A DNA stretch of 64,000 nucleotides, from NCBI RefSeq assembly GCF_036365525.1, contig NC_090378.1, forward strand, positions 82,514,357 through 82,578,356. The letters are read 5' to 3'. The translations under genes were made by a program, and so were the position numbers. The notes under the pieces were generated by a model. That model saw only the letters and a program-made list of their open reading frames with translations, was not told where the DNA came from and searched no databases. This document shows, piece by piece, positions 10,545 through 23,181 of the stretch (the stretch's first letter is position 1; each line of letters opens with the position of its first letter). This DNA comes from Heterodontus francisci (taxonomy: Eukaryota).

Positions 10545-11140
10545 CTGATGAAAGGTTAACTCTATTTCTCTCCACAGATGCTGTTTGACCTACTGAGTGT
10601 TTCCAGCATTTTCTGATTTTGTTTCAGAGTTACAGCATTTGCAGTATTTTGCTTTTGGTTTGCTCGACTAATTGTTTTATGGGCCCATGCCAAAGTCTCT
10701 TGCCTTGTCACTGACTCTATCCTTCTCCCTGCTCCTCCCTTAGACTGAAACAGACTGTATACAATCTTGCCATCCTGCTCAATCTGAAGCTGAGCTTCAA
10801 ACTCTATAGGCCATCCATCACTAAGACCACTTATTTCTACCCTCATATTGTTGTCTACTTCCGCAACTGCTAAAATAAAAGCAAAATACTGCAGATGCTG
10901 GAAATCTGAAATAAAAACAAAAAATGCTGGCAATACTCAGCAGGTCTGGCAGCTTCTGTGGAGAGAAAGCAGAGTTAACGTTTCAGGTCAGTGACCTTTC
11001 ATCAGAACTAGCAAACGTTAGAAATGTAATAGGTTTTAAGCAAATAAAGCGGAGGTGGGCAAAAGATAACACAAGGGAAGGTGTTGATAGGACAGAGGGT
11101 CACTGAGAATAACTGACCAGAAGGTCATGTCTTTCACCGC
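10545..11140. mobile_element. Penelope-like element terminal fragments (two, opposite orientation)
   Basis: ~10545-10660 and ~10870-11140 match the 35152-35384 sequence; minus-strand CTGATGA..GAAACGTT hammerhead-like core at 10974-11005. Confidence 0.65.
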
Positions 11141-11159
11141 ACCATTGAAAGACAAAGCG

Positions 11160-11494
11160 TTAGTTTAGTTTAGAGATACAGCACTGAAACAGGCCCTTTG
11201 GCCCACCGAGACTGTGCCGACCATCAACCACCCATTTATACTAATCCTACACTAATTCCATATTCCTACCACATCCCCACCTGTCCCTATATTTCCCTAC
11301 CACCTACCTATACTAGGGGCAATTTATAATGACCAATTTACCTATCAACCAGCAAGTCTTTGGCATGTGGGAGGAAACTGGAGCACCCGGAGGAAGCCCA
11401 CACAGTCACAGGGAGAACATGCAAACTCCACACAGCCAGCACCCAGGATTGAACCCGGGTCGCTGGAGCTGTGAGGCTGCGGTGCTAGCCACTG
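11160..11494 (-). mobile_element. HE1-type V-SINE
   Basis: Reverse complement of the 8936 element; its head abuts the G-rich tract. Confidence 0.88.
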
Positions 11495-14400
11495 TGAGGG
11501 GGTTGGGGTAAGAGGGGGGAAGAGGGGTTGGGGTAAGAGGGGGGAAGAGGGGTTGGGGTAAGAGGGGGGAAGAGGGGTTGGTGGTAAGAGGGGGTGGGGT
11601 GAGGGGGGTAAGAGGGGGTGGGGTGAGGGGGGTAAGAGGGGGTGGGGTGAGGGGGGTAAGAGGGGTGGGGTGAGGGGGGTAAGAGGGGGTGGGGTGAGGG
11701 GGAAGAGGGGTTGGGGTAAGAGGGGGTAAGAGGGGTTGGTGGTAAGAGGGGGTAAGAGGGGTTGGTGGTAAGAGGGGGTGGGGTGAGGGGGGTAAGAGGG
11801 GGTGGGGTGAGGGGGGTAAGAGGGGGTGGGGTGAGGGGGGTAAGAGGGGGTGGGGTGAGGGGGGTAAGAGGTGGTGGGTGGGGTGAGGGGGGTAAGAGGT
11901 GGTGGGTGGGGTGAGGGGGGGAAGAGTGGGTGAGGGGGGGAAGAGTGGGTGAGGGGGGAAGAGTGGGTGAGGGGGGGGAAGAGTGGGTGGGGGGGGTGAG
12001 GGGGGGGAAGAGTGGGTGGGGGGGGTGAGGGGGGGGAAGAGTGGGTGGGGGGGGTGAGGGGGGGGAAGAGTGGGTGGGGGGGGTGAGGGGGGGAAGAGTG
12101 GGTGGGGGGGGTGAGGGGGGGAAGAGTGGGTGGGGGGGGGGTGAGGGGGGAAGAGTGGGTGGGGGGGGTGGGGGGGGGGTGAGGGGGGAAGAGTGGGTGG
12201 GGGGGTGAGGGGGGGGAAGGGGGGGTGAGGGGGGGGAAGAGGGGGTGAGGGGGAAGAGGGGGTGGGGGGAAGAGTGGGAAGAGGGGGTGAGGGGGAAGAG
12301 GGGGTGGGGGGAAGAGTGGGTGAGGGGGGGAAGAGGGGGTGGGGGGGGTGAGGGGGGGAAGAGGGGGTGGGGTGGGGGGGGAAGAGGGGGTGGGGTGGGG
12401 GGGAAGAGGGGGTGGGGTGGGGGGGAAGAGGGGGTGAGGGGGGGGGAAGAGGGGGTGGGGGGGTGAGGGGGGGGAAGAGGGGGTGGGGTGGGGGGGGTGA
12501 AGAGGGGGTGAGGGGGGGGGAAGAGGGGGTGGGGTGGGGGGGGTGAGGGGGGGAAGAGGGGGTGGGTGGGGTGAGGGGGGGGAAGAGGGGGGGGAAGAGG
12601 GGGGGGGTGAGGGGGGTAAGAGGGGGTGGGGTGAAGGGGGGGAAGAGTGGGTAAGAGGGGGTGGGGTGAAGGGGGGGAAGAGTGGGTGGGGTGGGGTGAG
12701 GGGGGAAAGCGGGGGTGGGGGGAAAGCGGGGGTGGGGGGAAAGCGGGGGTGGGGTGAGGGGGGAAAGCGGGGGTGGGGTGAGGGGGGGAAGAGGGGGTGG
12801 GTGGGGTGAGGGGGGGAAGAGGGAGGAAGAGGGGGTGGGTGGGGTGAGGGGGGAAGAGGGGGTGGGTGGGGTGAGGGGGGGAAGAGGGGGTGGGTGGGGT
12901 GAGGGGGGGGAAGAGGGGGTGGGTGGGGTGAGGGGGGGGAAGAGGGGGTGGGTGGGGTGAGGGGGGGGAAGAGGGGGTGGGTGGGGTGAGGGGGGGGAAG
13001 AGGGGGTGGGTGGGGTGAGGGGGGGGAAGAGGGGGTGGGTGGGGTGAGGGGGGGGAAGAGGGGGTGGGTGAGGGGGGGAAGAGGGGGTGGGTGAGGGGGG
13101 GAAGAGGGGGTGGGTGAGGGGGGGAAGAGGGGGTGGGTGAGGGGGGAAGAGGGGGTGGGTGTGGGGGGGGAAGAGGGGGTGGGTGAGGGGGGGAAGAGGG
13201 GGTGGGTGAGGGGGGTAAGAGGGGGTGGGTGAGGGGGGTAAGAGGGGGTGGGGTGAGGGGGGGAAGGGTGGGGTAAGAGGGGGTGGGGTGAGGGGGGAAG
13301 GGTGGGGTAAGGGGTGGGGTGAGGGGGGGAAGGGTGGGGTAAGAGGGGGTGGGGTGAGGGGGGGAAGGGTGGGGTGAGGGGGGAAGAGGGTGAGGGGGGA
13401 AGAGGGTGAGGGGTGGGGTGAGGGGGGAAGTGGGGGTGGGGTGAGGGGGGAAGAGGGGGTGGGGTGAGGGGGGAAGAGGGGGTGGGGTGAGGGGGGAAGA
13501 GTGGGGAAAGCGGGGGTGGGGTGAGGGGGAAAGCGGGGGTGGGGTGAGGGGGGGAAGACGGGGGTGGGGTGGTAAGATGGGGTGGGGTGAGGGGGGGTGG
13601 GGTGAGGGGGGGTGGGGTGGGAAATAGGGGGTGGGGTGAGGGGGGGGAAGAGGGGGTGAGGGGGGGAAGAGGGGGGGAAGAGGGGGAGGGGGGGAAGAGG
13701 GGGAGGGGGGAAGAGGGGGGGAAGAGGGGGGGAAGAGGGGGTGGGGGGGAAGAGGGGGGGAAGAGGGGGTGGGTGGTGTGAGGGGGGGAAGAGGGGGTGG
13801 GTGGGGGTGAGGGGGGGAAGAGGGGGTGAGGGGGGGAAGAGGGGGTGAGGGGGGGAAGAGGGGGTGGGTGGGTGGGGGAAGAGGGGGGTGGGTGGGGTGG
13901 GGAAGAGGGGGTGGGTGGGGTGAGGGGGGGAAGAGGGGGTGAGGGGGGAAGAGGGGGTGGGGGGTGAGGGGGGTAAGAGGGGGTGGGGGGGTAAGAGGGG
14001 GTGGGGTGAGGGGGGAAGAGTGGGGAAGAGGGGGTGGGGTGAGGGGGGAAGAGTGGGGAAGAGGGTGAGGGGTGTGGGGGGAAGAGGGTGAGGGGTGAGG
14101 GGGGGAAGAGGGTGAGGGGGGGAAGAGGGGGTGGGGTGAGGGGGGAGAGGGGGTGGGGGTGAGGGGGAAGAGGGGATGGGGTGAGGGGGGGAAGTGGGGG
14201 AAAGCGGGGGTGGGGTGAGGGGGGAAAGCGGGGGTGGGGTGAGGGGGGGAAGACGGGGTGGGGTGGTAAGATGGGGTGGGGTGAGGGGGGGTGGGGTGGG
14301 AAAGAGGGGGTGGGGTGAGGGGGGAAGAGGGGGTGAGGGGGGTAAGAGGGGGTGGGGGGGTGAGGGGGGTAAGAGGGGGTGGGGGGGAAGAGGGGGTGGG

Positions 14401-17400
14401 TGGGGTGAGGGGGGGAAGTGGGGGTGAGGGGGGGAAGAGGGGGGTGGGGGGGTGAGGGGGGTAAGAGGGGGTGGGGGGGGTATGAGGGGGGTGGGGTGAG
14501 GGGGGGAAGAGTGGGGAAGAGTGGGGAAGAGGGGGTGGGGTGAGGGGGGAAGAGTGGGGGAAGAGGGGGTGGGGTGAGGGGGGAAGAGTGGGGAAGAGGG
14601 GGTGGGGTGAGGGGGGAAGAGTGGGGAAGAGGGGGTGGGGTGAGGGGGGAGAGTGGGGAGAGGGGGTGGGGGTGAGGGGGGGAGAGTGGGGTGGGGAAGA
14701 GGGGGTGGGGTGAGTGGGGAAGAGGGGGTGGGGTGAGGGGGGAAGAGGGGGTGGGGAAGAGGGGGTGGGGTGAGTGGGGAAGAGGGGGTGGGGTGAGGGG
14801 GGAAGAGGGGGTGGGGTGAGGGGGGAAGAGTGGGGAAGTGGGGTGAGGGGGGGAAGAGGGGGTGGGGTGAGGGGGGAAGAGGGGGTGGGGTGAGGGGGGA
14901 AGAGTGGGGAAAGCGGGGGGTGGGGTGAGGGGGGGAAGACGGGGTGGGGTGAGGGGGGTAAGAGGGGGTGGGGTGGGGGGGTAAGAGGGGGTGGGGTGGG
15001 GGGGGTAAGATGGGGTGGGGTGGGTGGGGTGAGGGGGTGGAGGGGTAAGTGGGGGTGGGGTGAGGGGGGGTAAGAGGGGGTGGGGTGAGGGGGGGAAGAG
15101 GGGGGGAAGAGTGGGGAAGAGGGGGTGGGGGGGAGAGTGGGGAAGAGGGGGTGGGGTGAGGGGGGAAGAGGGGGTGGGGTGTGGGGGGGGAAGAGGGGGT
15201 GGGGTGAGGGGGGGAAGAGGGGGTGGGGTGTGGGGGGGAAGAGTGGGGAGAGGGTGAGGGGGGAAGAGGGGGTGGGGTGAGTGGGGAGGGGGGAAGAGTG
15301 GGGAAGAGGGGTTGGGGTGAGGGGGGAAGAGTGGGGGAAGAGGGGGTGTGGTGGGGGGGAAGAGGGGGGTGTGGTGGGGGGGAAGAGGGGGTGTGGTGGG
15401 GGGGGGAAGAGGGGGTGTGGTGGGGTGAGGGGGGGTAAGAGGGGGTGGGGGGTAAGAGGGGGTGGGGTGAGGGGGTAAGAGGGTGAGGGGTGAGGGGGTA
15501 AGAGGGGGGGTGGCGGGGGGGAGAGGGGGAGGGGTGGGGGAAGAGGGGGGGAAGAGGGGGGGTGGGGTGGGGGGGGGAAGAGGGGGTGGGGTGGGGGGGG
15601 AAGAGTGGGGGAAGAGGGGGTGGGGTGGGGGGGGAAGAGGGGGTGGGGTGGGGGGGGGAAGAGTGGGGGAAGAGGGGGTGGGGTGGGGGGGGAAGAGTGG
15701 GGGAAGAGGGGGTGGGGTGGGGGGGAAGAGTGGGGAAAGAGGGGGTGGGGTGGGGTGGGGGGGGAAGAGGGGGTGGGGTGGGGGGGGAAGAGTGGGGAAG
15801 CGGGGGTGGGGTGAGGGGGGGAAGAGGGGGTGGGGTGGGGGGGAAGAGGGGATGGGGTGGGGGGGGAAGAGTGGGGAAAGCGGGGGTGGGGTGAGGGGGG
15901 TAAGAGGGTGAGGGGTGAGGGGTGAGGGGGTAAGAGGGGGGGGTGGCGGGGGGGAAGAGGGGGAGGGGGAGGGGTGGGGGAAGAGGGGGTGAAGAGGGGT
16001 GGGGGAAGAGGGGGTGGGGTGGGGGGGGGAAGAGGGGGGGAAGAGGGGGGGAAGAGGGGGTGGGGTGGGGGGGGAAGAGTGGGGGAAGAGGGGGTGGGGT
16101 GGGGGGGGAAGAGTGGGGAAAGAGGGGGTGGGGTGGGGTGGGGGGGAAAGAGGGGGTGGGGTGGGAGGGGGAAGAGTGGGGAAAGCGGGGGTGGGGTGAG
16201 GGGGGGAAAGAGGGGGTGGGGTGGGGGGGAAGAGGGGTGGGGAAGAGGGGGTGGGGTGGGGGGGGAAGAGTGGGGGAAAGCGGGGGGTGGGGTGAGGGGG
16301 GTAAGAGGGGGTGGGGTGGGGGGGTAAGGTGAGGTGAGGGTGGGTGGGGTGGGGGGGTAAGATGGGGTGGGGTGAGGGGGGGAAGAGGAGGTGGGGTGAG
16401 GGGGGGAAGAGGAGGTGGGGGGGGAAGAGGGGGTGGGGGGGAAGAGGGGGTGGGGTGAGGGGGGGAAGAGGGGGTGGGGTGAGGGGGGGAAGAGGGGGTG
16501 GGGTGAGGGGGGGAAGAGGGGGTGGGGTGGGGTGAGGGGGGAAGAGGGGGTGGGGAGAGGGGTGAGAGGGGGTGGGGTGGGGTGAGGGGGGGAAGAGGGG
16601 AGGGGGTGGGGTGAGGGTGGGGAGAGGGGAGGAGGTGGGGTGAGGGTGGTAAGAGGGCGTGGGGTGAGGGGGGGAAGAGGGGGTGGGGTGAGGGGGGGGA
16701 AGAGTGGGGAAGAGGGTGAGGGGGGAAGAGGGGGAAGAGGGGGGTGGGGTGAGTGGGGAAGAGGGGGTGGGGTGAGGGGGGAAGAGGGGTTGGGGTGAGG
16801 GGGGAAGAGTGGGGGGAAGAGGGGGAAGAGTGGGGGGAAGAGGGGGTGTGGTGGGGGGGAAGAGGGGGTGTGGTGGGGGGGAAGAGGGGGTAAGAGGGGG
16901 GTGGGGGGGTAAGAGGGGGTGGGGTGAGGGGGTAAGAGGGTGAGGGGTGGGGTGAGGGGGTAAGAGGGGGGGTGGCGGGGGGGAAGAGGGGGAGGGGTGG
17001 GGGAAGAGGGGGGGAAGAGGGGGTGGGGTGGGGGGGAAGAGGGGGTGGGGTGGGGGGGGAAGAGTGGGGGAAGAGGGGGTGGGGTGGGGGGGGAAGAGTG
17101 GGGGAAGAGGGGGTGGGGTGGGGGGGGAAGAGTGGGGAAGAGGGGGTGGGGTGGGGGGGAAGAGGGGGTGGGGTGGGGGGGAAGAGTGGGAAAGAGGGGG
17201 TGGGGTGGGGTGGGGGGGGAAGAGGGGGTGGGGTGGGGGGGGAAGAGTGGGGAAAGCGGGGGTGGGGTGAGGGGGGGGAAAGAGGGGGTGGGGTGGGGGG
17301 GAGAGGGGGTGGGGTGGGGGGGGAAGAGTGGGGAAAGCGGGGGTGGGGTGTGAGGGGGGTAAGAGGGTGAGGGTGAGGGGGTAAGAGGGGGGGTGGCGGG

Positions 17401-20400
17401 GGGGAAGAGGGGGAGGGGGAGGGGTGGGGGAAGAGGGGGTGAAGAGGGGTGGGGGAAGAGGGGGTGGGGTGGGGGGGGAAGAGTGGGGGAAGAGGGGGTG
17501 GGGTGGGGGGGAAGAGTGGGGGAAGAGGGGGTGGGGTGGGAGGGAAGAGGGGGTGGGGTGGGGGGGGAAGAGTGGGGAAAGAGGGGGTGGGGTGGGGTGG
17601 GGGGGAAAGAGGGGGTGGGGTGGGGGGGGGAAGAGTGGGAAAGCGGGGGTGGGGGTGTGAGGGGGGGAAAGAGGGGGTGGGGTGGGGGGGAAGAGGGGTG
17701 GGGGAAGAGGGGGTGGGGTGGGGGGGGAAGAGTGGGGAAAGCGGGGATGGGGTGAGGGGGGGTAAGAGGGGGTGGGGTGGGGGGGTAAGGTGAGGTGAGG
17801 GTGGGTGGGGTGGGGGGGTAAGATGGGGTGGGGTGAGGGGGGGAAGAGGAGGTGGGGTGAGGGGGGAAGAGGAGGTGGGGGGGAAGAGGGGGTGGGGTGA
17901 GGGGGGGAAGAGGGGGTGGGGTGAGGGGGGGAAGAGGGGGTGGGGTGAGGGGGGGAAGAGGGGGTGGGGTGGGGTGAGGGGGGAAGAGGGGGTGGGGTGA
18001 GGGGGTGAAGAGGGGGTGGGGTGGGGTGAGGGGGGGAAGAGGGGAGGGGGGTGGGGTGAGGGTGGGAAGAGGGGAGGAGGTGGGGTGAGGGTGGTAAGAG
18101 GGCGTGGGGTGAGGGGGGGAAGAGGGGGTGGGGTGAGGGGGTAAGTGGGGGAGGGGGGTAAGAGGGGGTGGGGTGAGGGGGGGAAGAGGGGGTGGGGGGG
18201 TGAGTGGGGGGGAAAGAGGGGGTGGGGGGGTGAGAGGGGGGAAAGAGGAGGTGGGGGGTGTGAGGGGGGCAGAGGGGGTGGGGGGTGAGTGGGGGGGGGT
18301 GGTGGGGGCGGTAAGAGGGGGTGTGGTGGGGGGGGGGGAAGAGGTTGTGGTGGGGAAGAGGTGGTGAGGGTGGGGTGGGTAAGAGGGCGGGGGGGGAAGA
18401 GGGTGAGGGGGGAAGTGGGGGTGGGGCGAGGGGGAAAGAGGGGGTGGGGGGGTGAGTGGGGGGGAAAGAGGGGGTGGGGGGTGAGTGGGGGGAAAGAGGG
18501 GGTGGGGGGGTGAGTGGGGGGGAAAGAGGGGGTGGGGGGGTGAGAGGGGGGAAAGAGGAGGTGGGGGGTGAGTGAGGGGGGCAGAGGGGGTGGGGGGGTG
18601 AGTGGGGGGGGTGGTGGGGGCGGTAAGAGGGGGTGTGGTGGGGGGGGGGGAAGAGGTTGTGGTGGGGAAGAGGTGGTGAGGGTGGGGTGGGTAAGAGGGC
18701 GGCGGGGAAGAGGGTGAGGGGGGAAGTGGGGGTGGAGGGGAAGTGGGGGGTGGAGGGGAAGAGGGGGTGGTGTGAGGGGAAGAGGGAGTGGGGGGAAGAG
18801 GGGGTGAGGGGGGTGGGGGAAGAGGGAGTGGGGGGAAGAGGGAGTGGGGGGAAGAGGGGGTGGGGAAGAGGGGGTGAGGGGTGAGGGAGGGGTGAGGGGG
18901 TGGGGGAAGAGGGGGGGTTGGGGAAAGAGGGGGTGGGGGGTGGAGGGAGGGGGTGGGGGGAGAGGGGAGAGGGGAAGAGGGGGGGGTGTGGGGAGGGGAG
19001 GTGTGGGGAGGGGAGGGGTGGGGTGGGTGTGGGGAAAGGTGGGGTGGAGTGAGGGGGTGTGGGGAAAGGGGGGGGAGGGGGGAAGAAGGGGGTGGGGTGA
19101 TGGCGGAAGAGGGGGTGGGGTGAAATGAGGGGGAAGAGGGGGTGGGGTGAGGGGGAAGAGGGGGTGGGGTGAGGGGGTGAGGGGGGAAGAGGGGGTGAGG
19201 TGAGGAGGGAAGATGGGGTGGGGTGAGGGGGGAAGACGGGTGTGGGGGTAAGATGGGGTGGGGTGAGGAGGGAAGACGGGTGTGGGGGGAAGATGGGGTG
19301 GGGTGTGGGGGGAAGATGGGGTGGGGTGTGGGGGGAAGATGGGGTGGGGTGTGGGGGGAAGATGGGTGGGGTGTGGGGGGAAGACGGTGTGGGGTGAGGA
19401 GGGAAGACGGTGTGGGGTGAGGAGGGAAGACGGTGTGGGGTGAGAGGGGGAAGATGGGTGGGGTGAGGGAGAAGAGGGTGAGAGGGGGAAGAGGGGTGGG
19501 GTGAGAGGGGGAAGAGGGGTGGGGTGAGGGAGAAGAGGGTGAGAGGGGAAGAGGGGTTGGGGTGAGGGGGAAGAGGGGTTGGGGTGAGGGGGAAAGAGGG
19601 GTGCGGGCGAAAGAGGGGGTAATGGAGAAGAGGGTTGAGGGGGGAGAGGGTGATGGGGGAAGAGGGTTGAGGGGAAAGATGGGTATGGGGGAAGAGGCGG
19701 TGTGGGGGGGGAAGAGGCGGTGTGGGGGGGAAGAGGCGGTGTGGGGGGGAAGAGGGGGTGTGGTGTGAAGAGGGGGGAAGGGGGTGTGGTGTGAAGAGGG
19801 GGGAAGGGGTGTGGGGTGAGGCGGGAAGAGGTAGAGGGGTGAGGGGGAAGAGGGGTGAGGGGAGGGGAAAAGAGGGGTGAGGGGAGGGGCGAAGGGGTAA
19901 AGGGGGGTGAAAGGGTAGGGATGGGGAGGGGTGAAGGGGGAAATGGGGGGATGGGGTGAGGGGGAACGGGGTGGGGCGGCAGGGGGTGAGGAAGGATGTG
20001 ATGGGAAAGAGGGTTGAAGGGAAGAGGGGGGAAGGGGAAAGAGGGGTGGGGGAAGGGGAAAGAGGGTTGGGGGAGGGGGGAAGGGGAAAGAGGGGTGGGG
20101 GATGGGGAAGGGGAGTGGGGGTGAGGGGGAAAGGATGAGGGGAGAAGGGGGTGATGGGTTGAGGGGGGGCAAGGGGGTGAGGAAGGGCGAGGGGGGACAG
20201 GGTGAGGAAGGGGTAAGGGGGACGGGGGGATGGCGAGAGGGGGGAAGGGGGGATGGCGAGAGGGAGGGGGAGGAAAGCGGGGGAGGTGAAGAGGGGGGAT
20301 GGGGATGAGGGGGATGAGGGGGAAGAGGGGGGAGGGGAAGAGTTGGGGGTGAGCAAGGGAGAAGGGGTGAGGTGGAGGGGGGATGGGGAAGGAGATGGCG

Positions 20401-21880
20401 GAGGGGGGATGAGCGGGAGGGAGAGGGGGAAGGGGGATGTGGGGCTAGGGGGAGGAGGCGGAAGAGGGGGGAGGGAAGGGGTGAGGGAGTGGGGGAAGGG
20501 GGAAATGGGGTGAGGGGGAACGGGGTGGGGCGGCAGGGGGTGAGGAAGGGTGTGATGGGGAAGAGGGAGGAAGGGGAAAGAGGGGTGGGGGAAGGGGAAA
20601 GAGGGGTGGGGGAGGGGGAAGGCGAAAGAGGGGTGGGGGATGGGGAAGGGGAGTGGGGGTGAGGGGGAAAGGATGAGGGGAGAAGGGGGTGATGGGTTGC
20701 GGGGGGGCAAGGGGGTGAGGAAGGGCGAGGGGGGACAGGGTGAGGAAGGGCGAGGGGGGACAGGGTGAGGAAGGGGTAAGGGGGACGGGGGGATGGCGAG
20801 AGGGGGGACGGGGGGATGGCGAGAGGGAGGGGGAGGTGAAGAGGGGGGAGGGAGATGGGGATGAGGGGGAAGAGGGGGGAGGGGAAGAGTTGGGGGTGAG
20901 CAAGGGAGAAGGGGTGAGGTGGAGGGGGGATGGGGAAGGAGATGGCGGAGGGGGGATGAGCGGGAGGGAGAGGGGGAAGGGGGATGTGGGGCTAGGGGGA
21001 GGAGGCGGAAGGGGTGAGGGAGTGGGGGAAGGGGTAAGAGGGGGTGGGGGAAGAGTGGTTTAGGGGAAGGGGGTGGGGGGGATTTGGAAGGGGGGGAGGA
21101 GGAAAGAGCGGGGCGGGGGAGGGAGGGGGAAGAGGGGGAGGGGATGGGGAGGAAAGAGGGGATGGAGGGGGAAGAGGGGTCTGGGGGAGGAGGGGTGGAA
21201 AGAGGGGGGATGAGGAGGGTATGGGGATGGGAAAGAGGGGGTGGGCAAAGGGGAAAGGATGGAGGGGACGAGGGGGAGACGGAAGGAGTGGAGAGAGGAA
21301 AGGGGTGGAGGGGGAAGGGGGGGAGGGGAAAGGGGTGGAGGGGGAAGGGGTGGAGAGGGAGAGGGGGAAGGGGTGGAGAGGGAGAGGGGGAAGGGGGAGA
21401 GGGGTAGTGTTGGAGGGAGAGGGGGAAGGGTTGGAGGAAAGGGGGGAGAGGTGTGGGGAGGGAGAATGGTGGGGAAGAGGTGCGGGGATGGGGAAGGGGT
21501 GGGGTAGAGGTGTGGAAAGGGGCTAGGGATGGGGCGGAGGGTGAGGGGGGAAGAGGAAAGGGTGGGTTGGAGAAGGAAGAGGGGGAATGGGGTGGATTGG
21601 AGAGGGAAGGGGTGAAGTTGGAAGGGGAAGGGGCGGGGGGGGAAGAGGAGGGAAGGGGAAGAGGAGGGAGGGAAGGAGTGGGGGGGTGGGGGAAGGGGTG
21701 GGGGGAGAGGTATGGGGGGTGGGGAATGGGGGAGAGGGGGGAAGGGGTGGGGCGTGGGGGTGGCGGTTGGGGGTGTGTGGATTTGGGGGGGTGGGGGGGC
21801 TGTGGCGTTGGAGGGATTGGGGGGTGGGGTTGGGGTTGTGGAGTTGGGGGATGTGAGTGGGGTTGGGGAGGGTGAGTGGG
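11495..21880 (+). repeat. 10.4-kb G-rich, C-poor degenerate satellite (units such as GAAGAGGGGGTGGGGTGAGGGGG)
   Basis: Continuous G-runs separated by AAGA/T/TGA; internal block duplications; lies in LRRC42 intron 1. Confidence 0.95.
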
Positions 21881-22336
21881 GAGAGATTAATGAGAAGAGG
21901 ATAGGCCTCATTCAATCACACCCCCTACTCCCTCAGACTTGGGGGTCCTGTTTTAAGGATGCGACAACAAGCCACTAGTGAGCACTGGAAGAGTTATTAG
22001 TCTGTAGTGGAGGAGTCTGAACTCTGCATCTAACCAGTGCATTGCCCAATTGATTGATTTTGGGCCCATGCCAAAATTTCTGTAACCTTGGTACTGACTC
22101 TATCCCACTCCCGAATACATTGAATTTAAAATCCTCATCCTCTTGTAAAATCCTCATCTTCATGGACCTAACAATGCAACCTTCACCAGACTTGCATTCC
22201 CTTCAATGTCCTCTGATATTTAGCTCCAGCTTCTGTAAATCCTACAAACATACACACATTGCCTTTATGCTGCAGTGGCCCTACTCTTCACCTCCCTTCC
22301 ATCTCTCCAATCTTATTCCATTTTCACAAATCACGT

Positions 22337-22672
22337 GGGCGGCGCAGTGGTTAGCACTGCAGCCTCACAGCTCCAGCAACCCGGGTTCAATTCTGGGTAC
22401 TGCCTGTGCGGAGTTTGCAAGTTCTTCCTGTGAACCACGTGGGTTTTAGCCGGGTTCCTTCGGTTTCCTCCCACAGCCAAAGACTTGCCGGTTGATCGGT
22501 AAATTGACCATTATAAATTGCCCCTAGTATAGGTAGGTGGTAGGGGAATATAGAGAAGGTGGGGATGTGGTAGGAATATGGGATTAGTGTAGGATTAGTA
22601 TAAATGGGTGGTTGATGGTCGGCACAGACCGGTTGGGCCGGTTTCAGTGCTGTATCTCTAAATAAATAAAAA
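22337..22672 (+). mobile_element. HE1-type V-SINE, full length
   Basis: GGGCGGCGCAGTGGTTAGC head, V-domain, (TAAA)n tail. Confidence 0.88.
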
Positions 22673-23181
22673 ATTCATTTCTTTGTCCAAGGTTACAAAC
22701 ACCTTTTCTACTTATTGGTTCTAGTCTATGTGAGAAGTAATAATGTTGGTAGGACTGATAAGGGAATATGAGGAGCTAAGATCAAAGCAAAAAAAAGTTC
22801 AATATTCTCACACGTAAAGCCAAACTGACAGAGAAAAATTCGACCGCTGTTTGTGTGGTTAGAAGATGAAGGTTTGTGGGTGGGGTAGTGATCACATTTG
22901 TGCAGTATTGGGATCAGTTTTGAAACAGGAGGAATGAACTCTACACAAACAGAACTTGGTGCCAAGCTGACGGCAACAGAATACGTAAAGCAGTGGACGG
23001 AGTTTGAACTCACCTACGTGGGCTAAATAAATTCACCAGAGAATGTCATTTTTTAAAATGTGTCCTGAATTTTGGGAATCAAGTTTTTCGATTTTGTTGC
23101 TTGTAATTCTAAATATTTAATAAGTTTAGAAATATCAATAACTTTAAGAAATGTGTATTTAGTTTTTCAGATTGTCTTCCA

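Noticed and set aside
11345-20710. 3121-aa and 2895-aa Pro-rich ORFs (extensin-like) and many Gly-rich ORFs
   Set aside because: By-product of the G-run satellite, whose C-rich strand almost cannot form stop codons; two frames are open at once and the ORF ends run into a SINE
11495-21880. Telomeric array or Ig switch region
   Set aside because: No TTAGGG arrays and no AGCT repeats; the locus is not an Ig locus
22337-22410. tRNA genes
   Set aside because: A/B-box sequences are SINE heads continuing into V-domain or Deu-domain bodies, not cloverleaf tRNAs
22726-23040. Coding-looking stretch upstream of the first LRRC42 coding exon
   Set aside because: Short frames with stops, no recognisable homology or consistent splice sites
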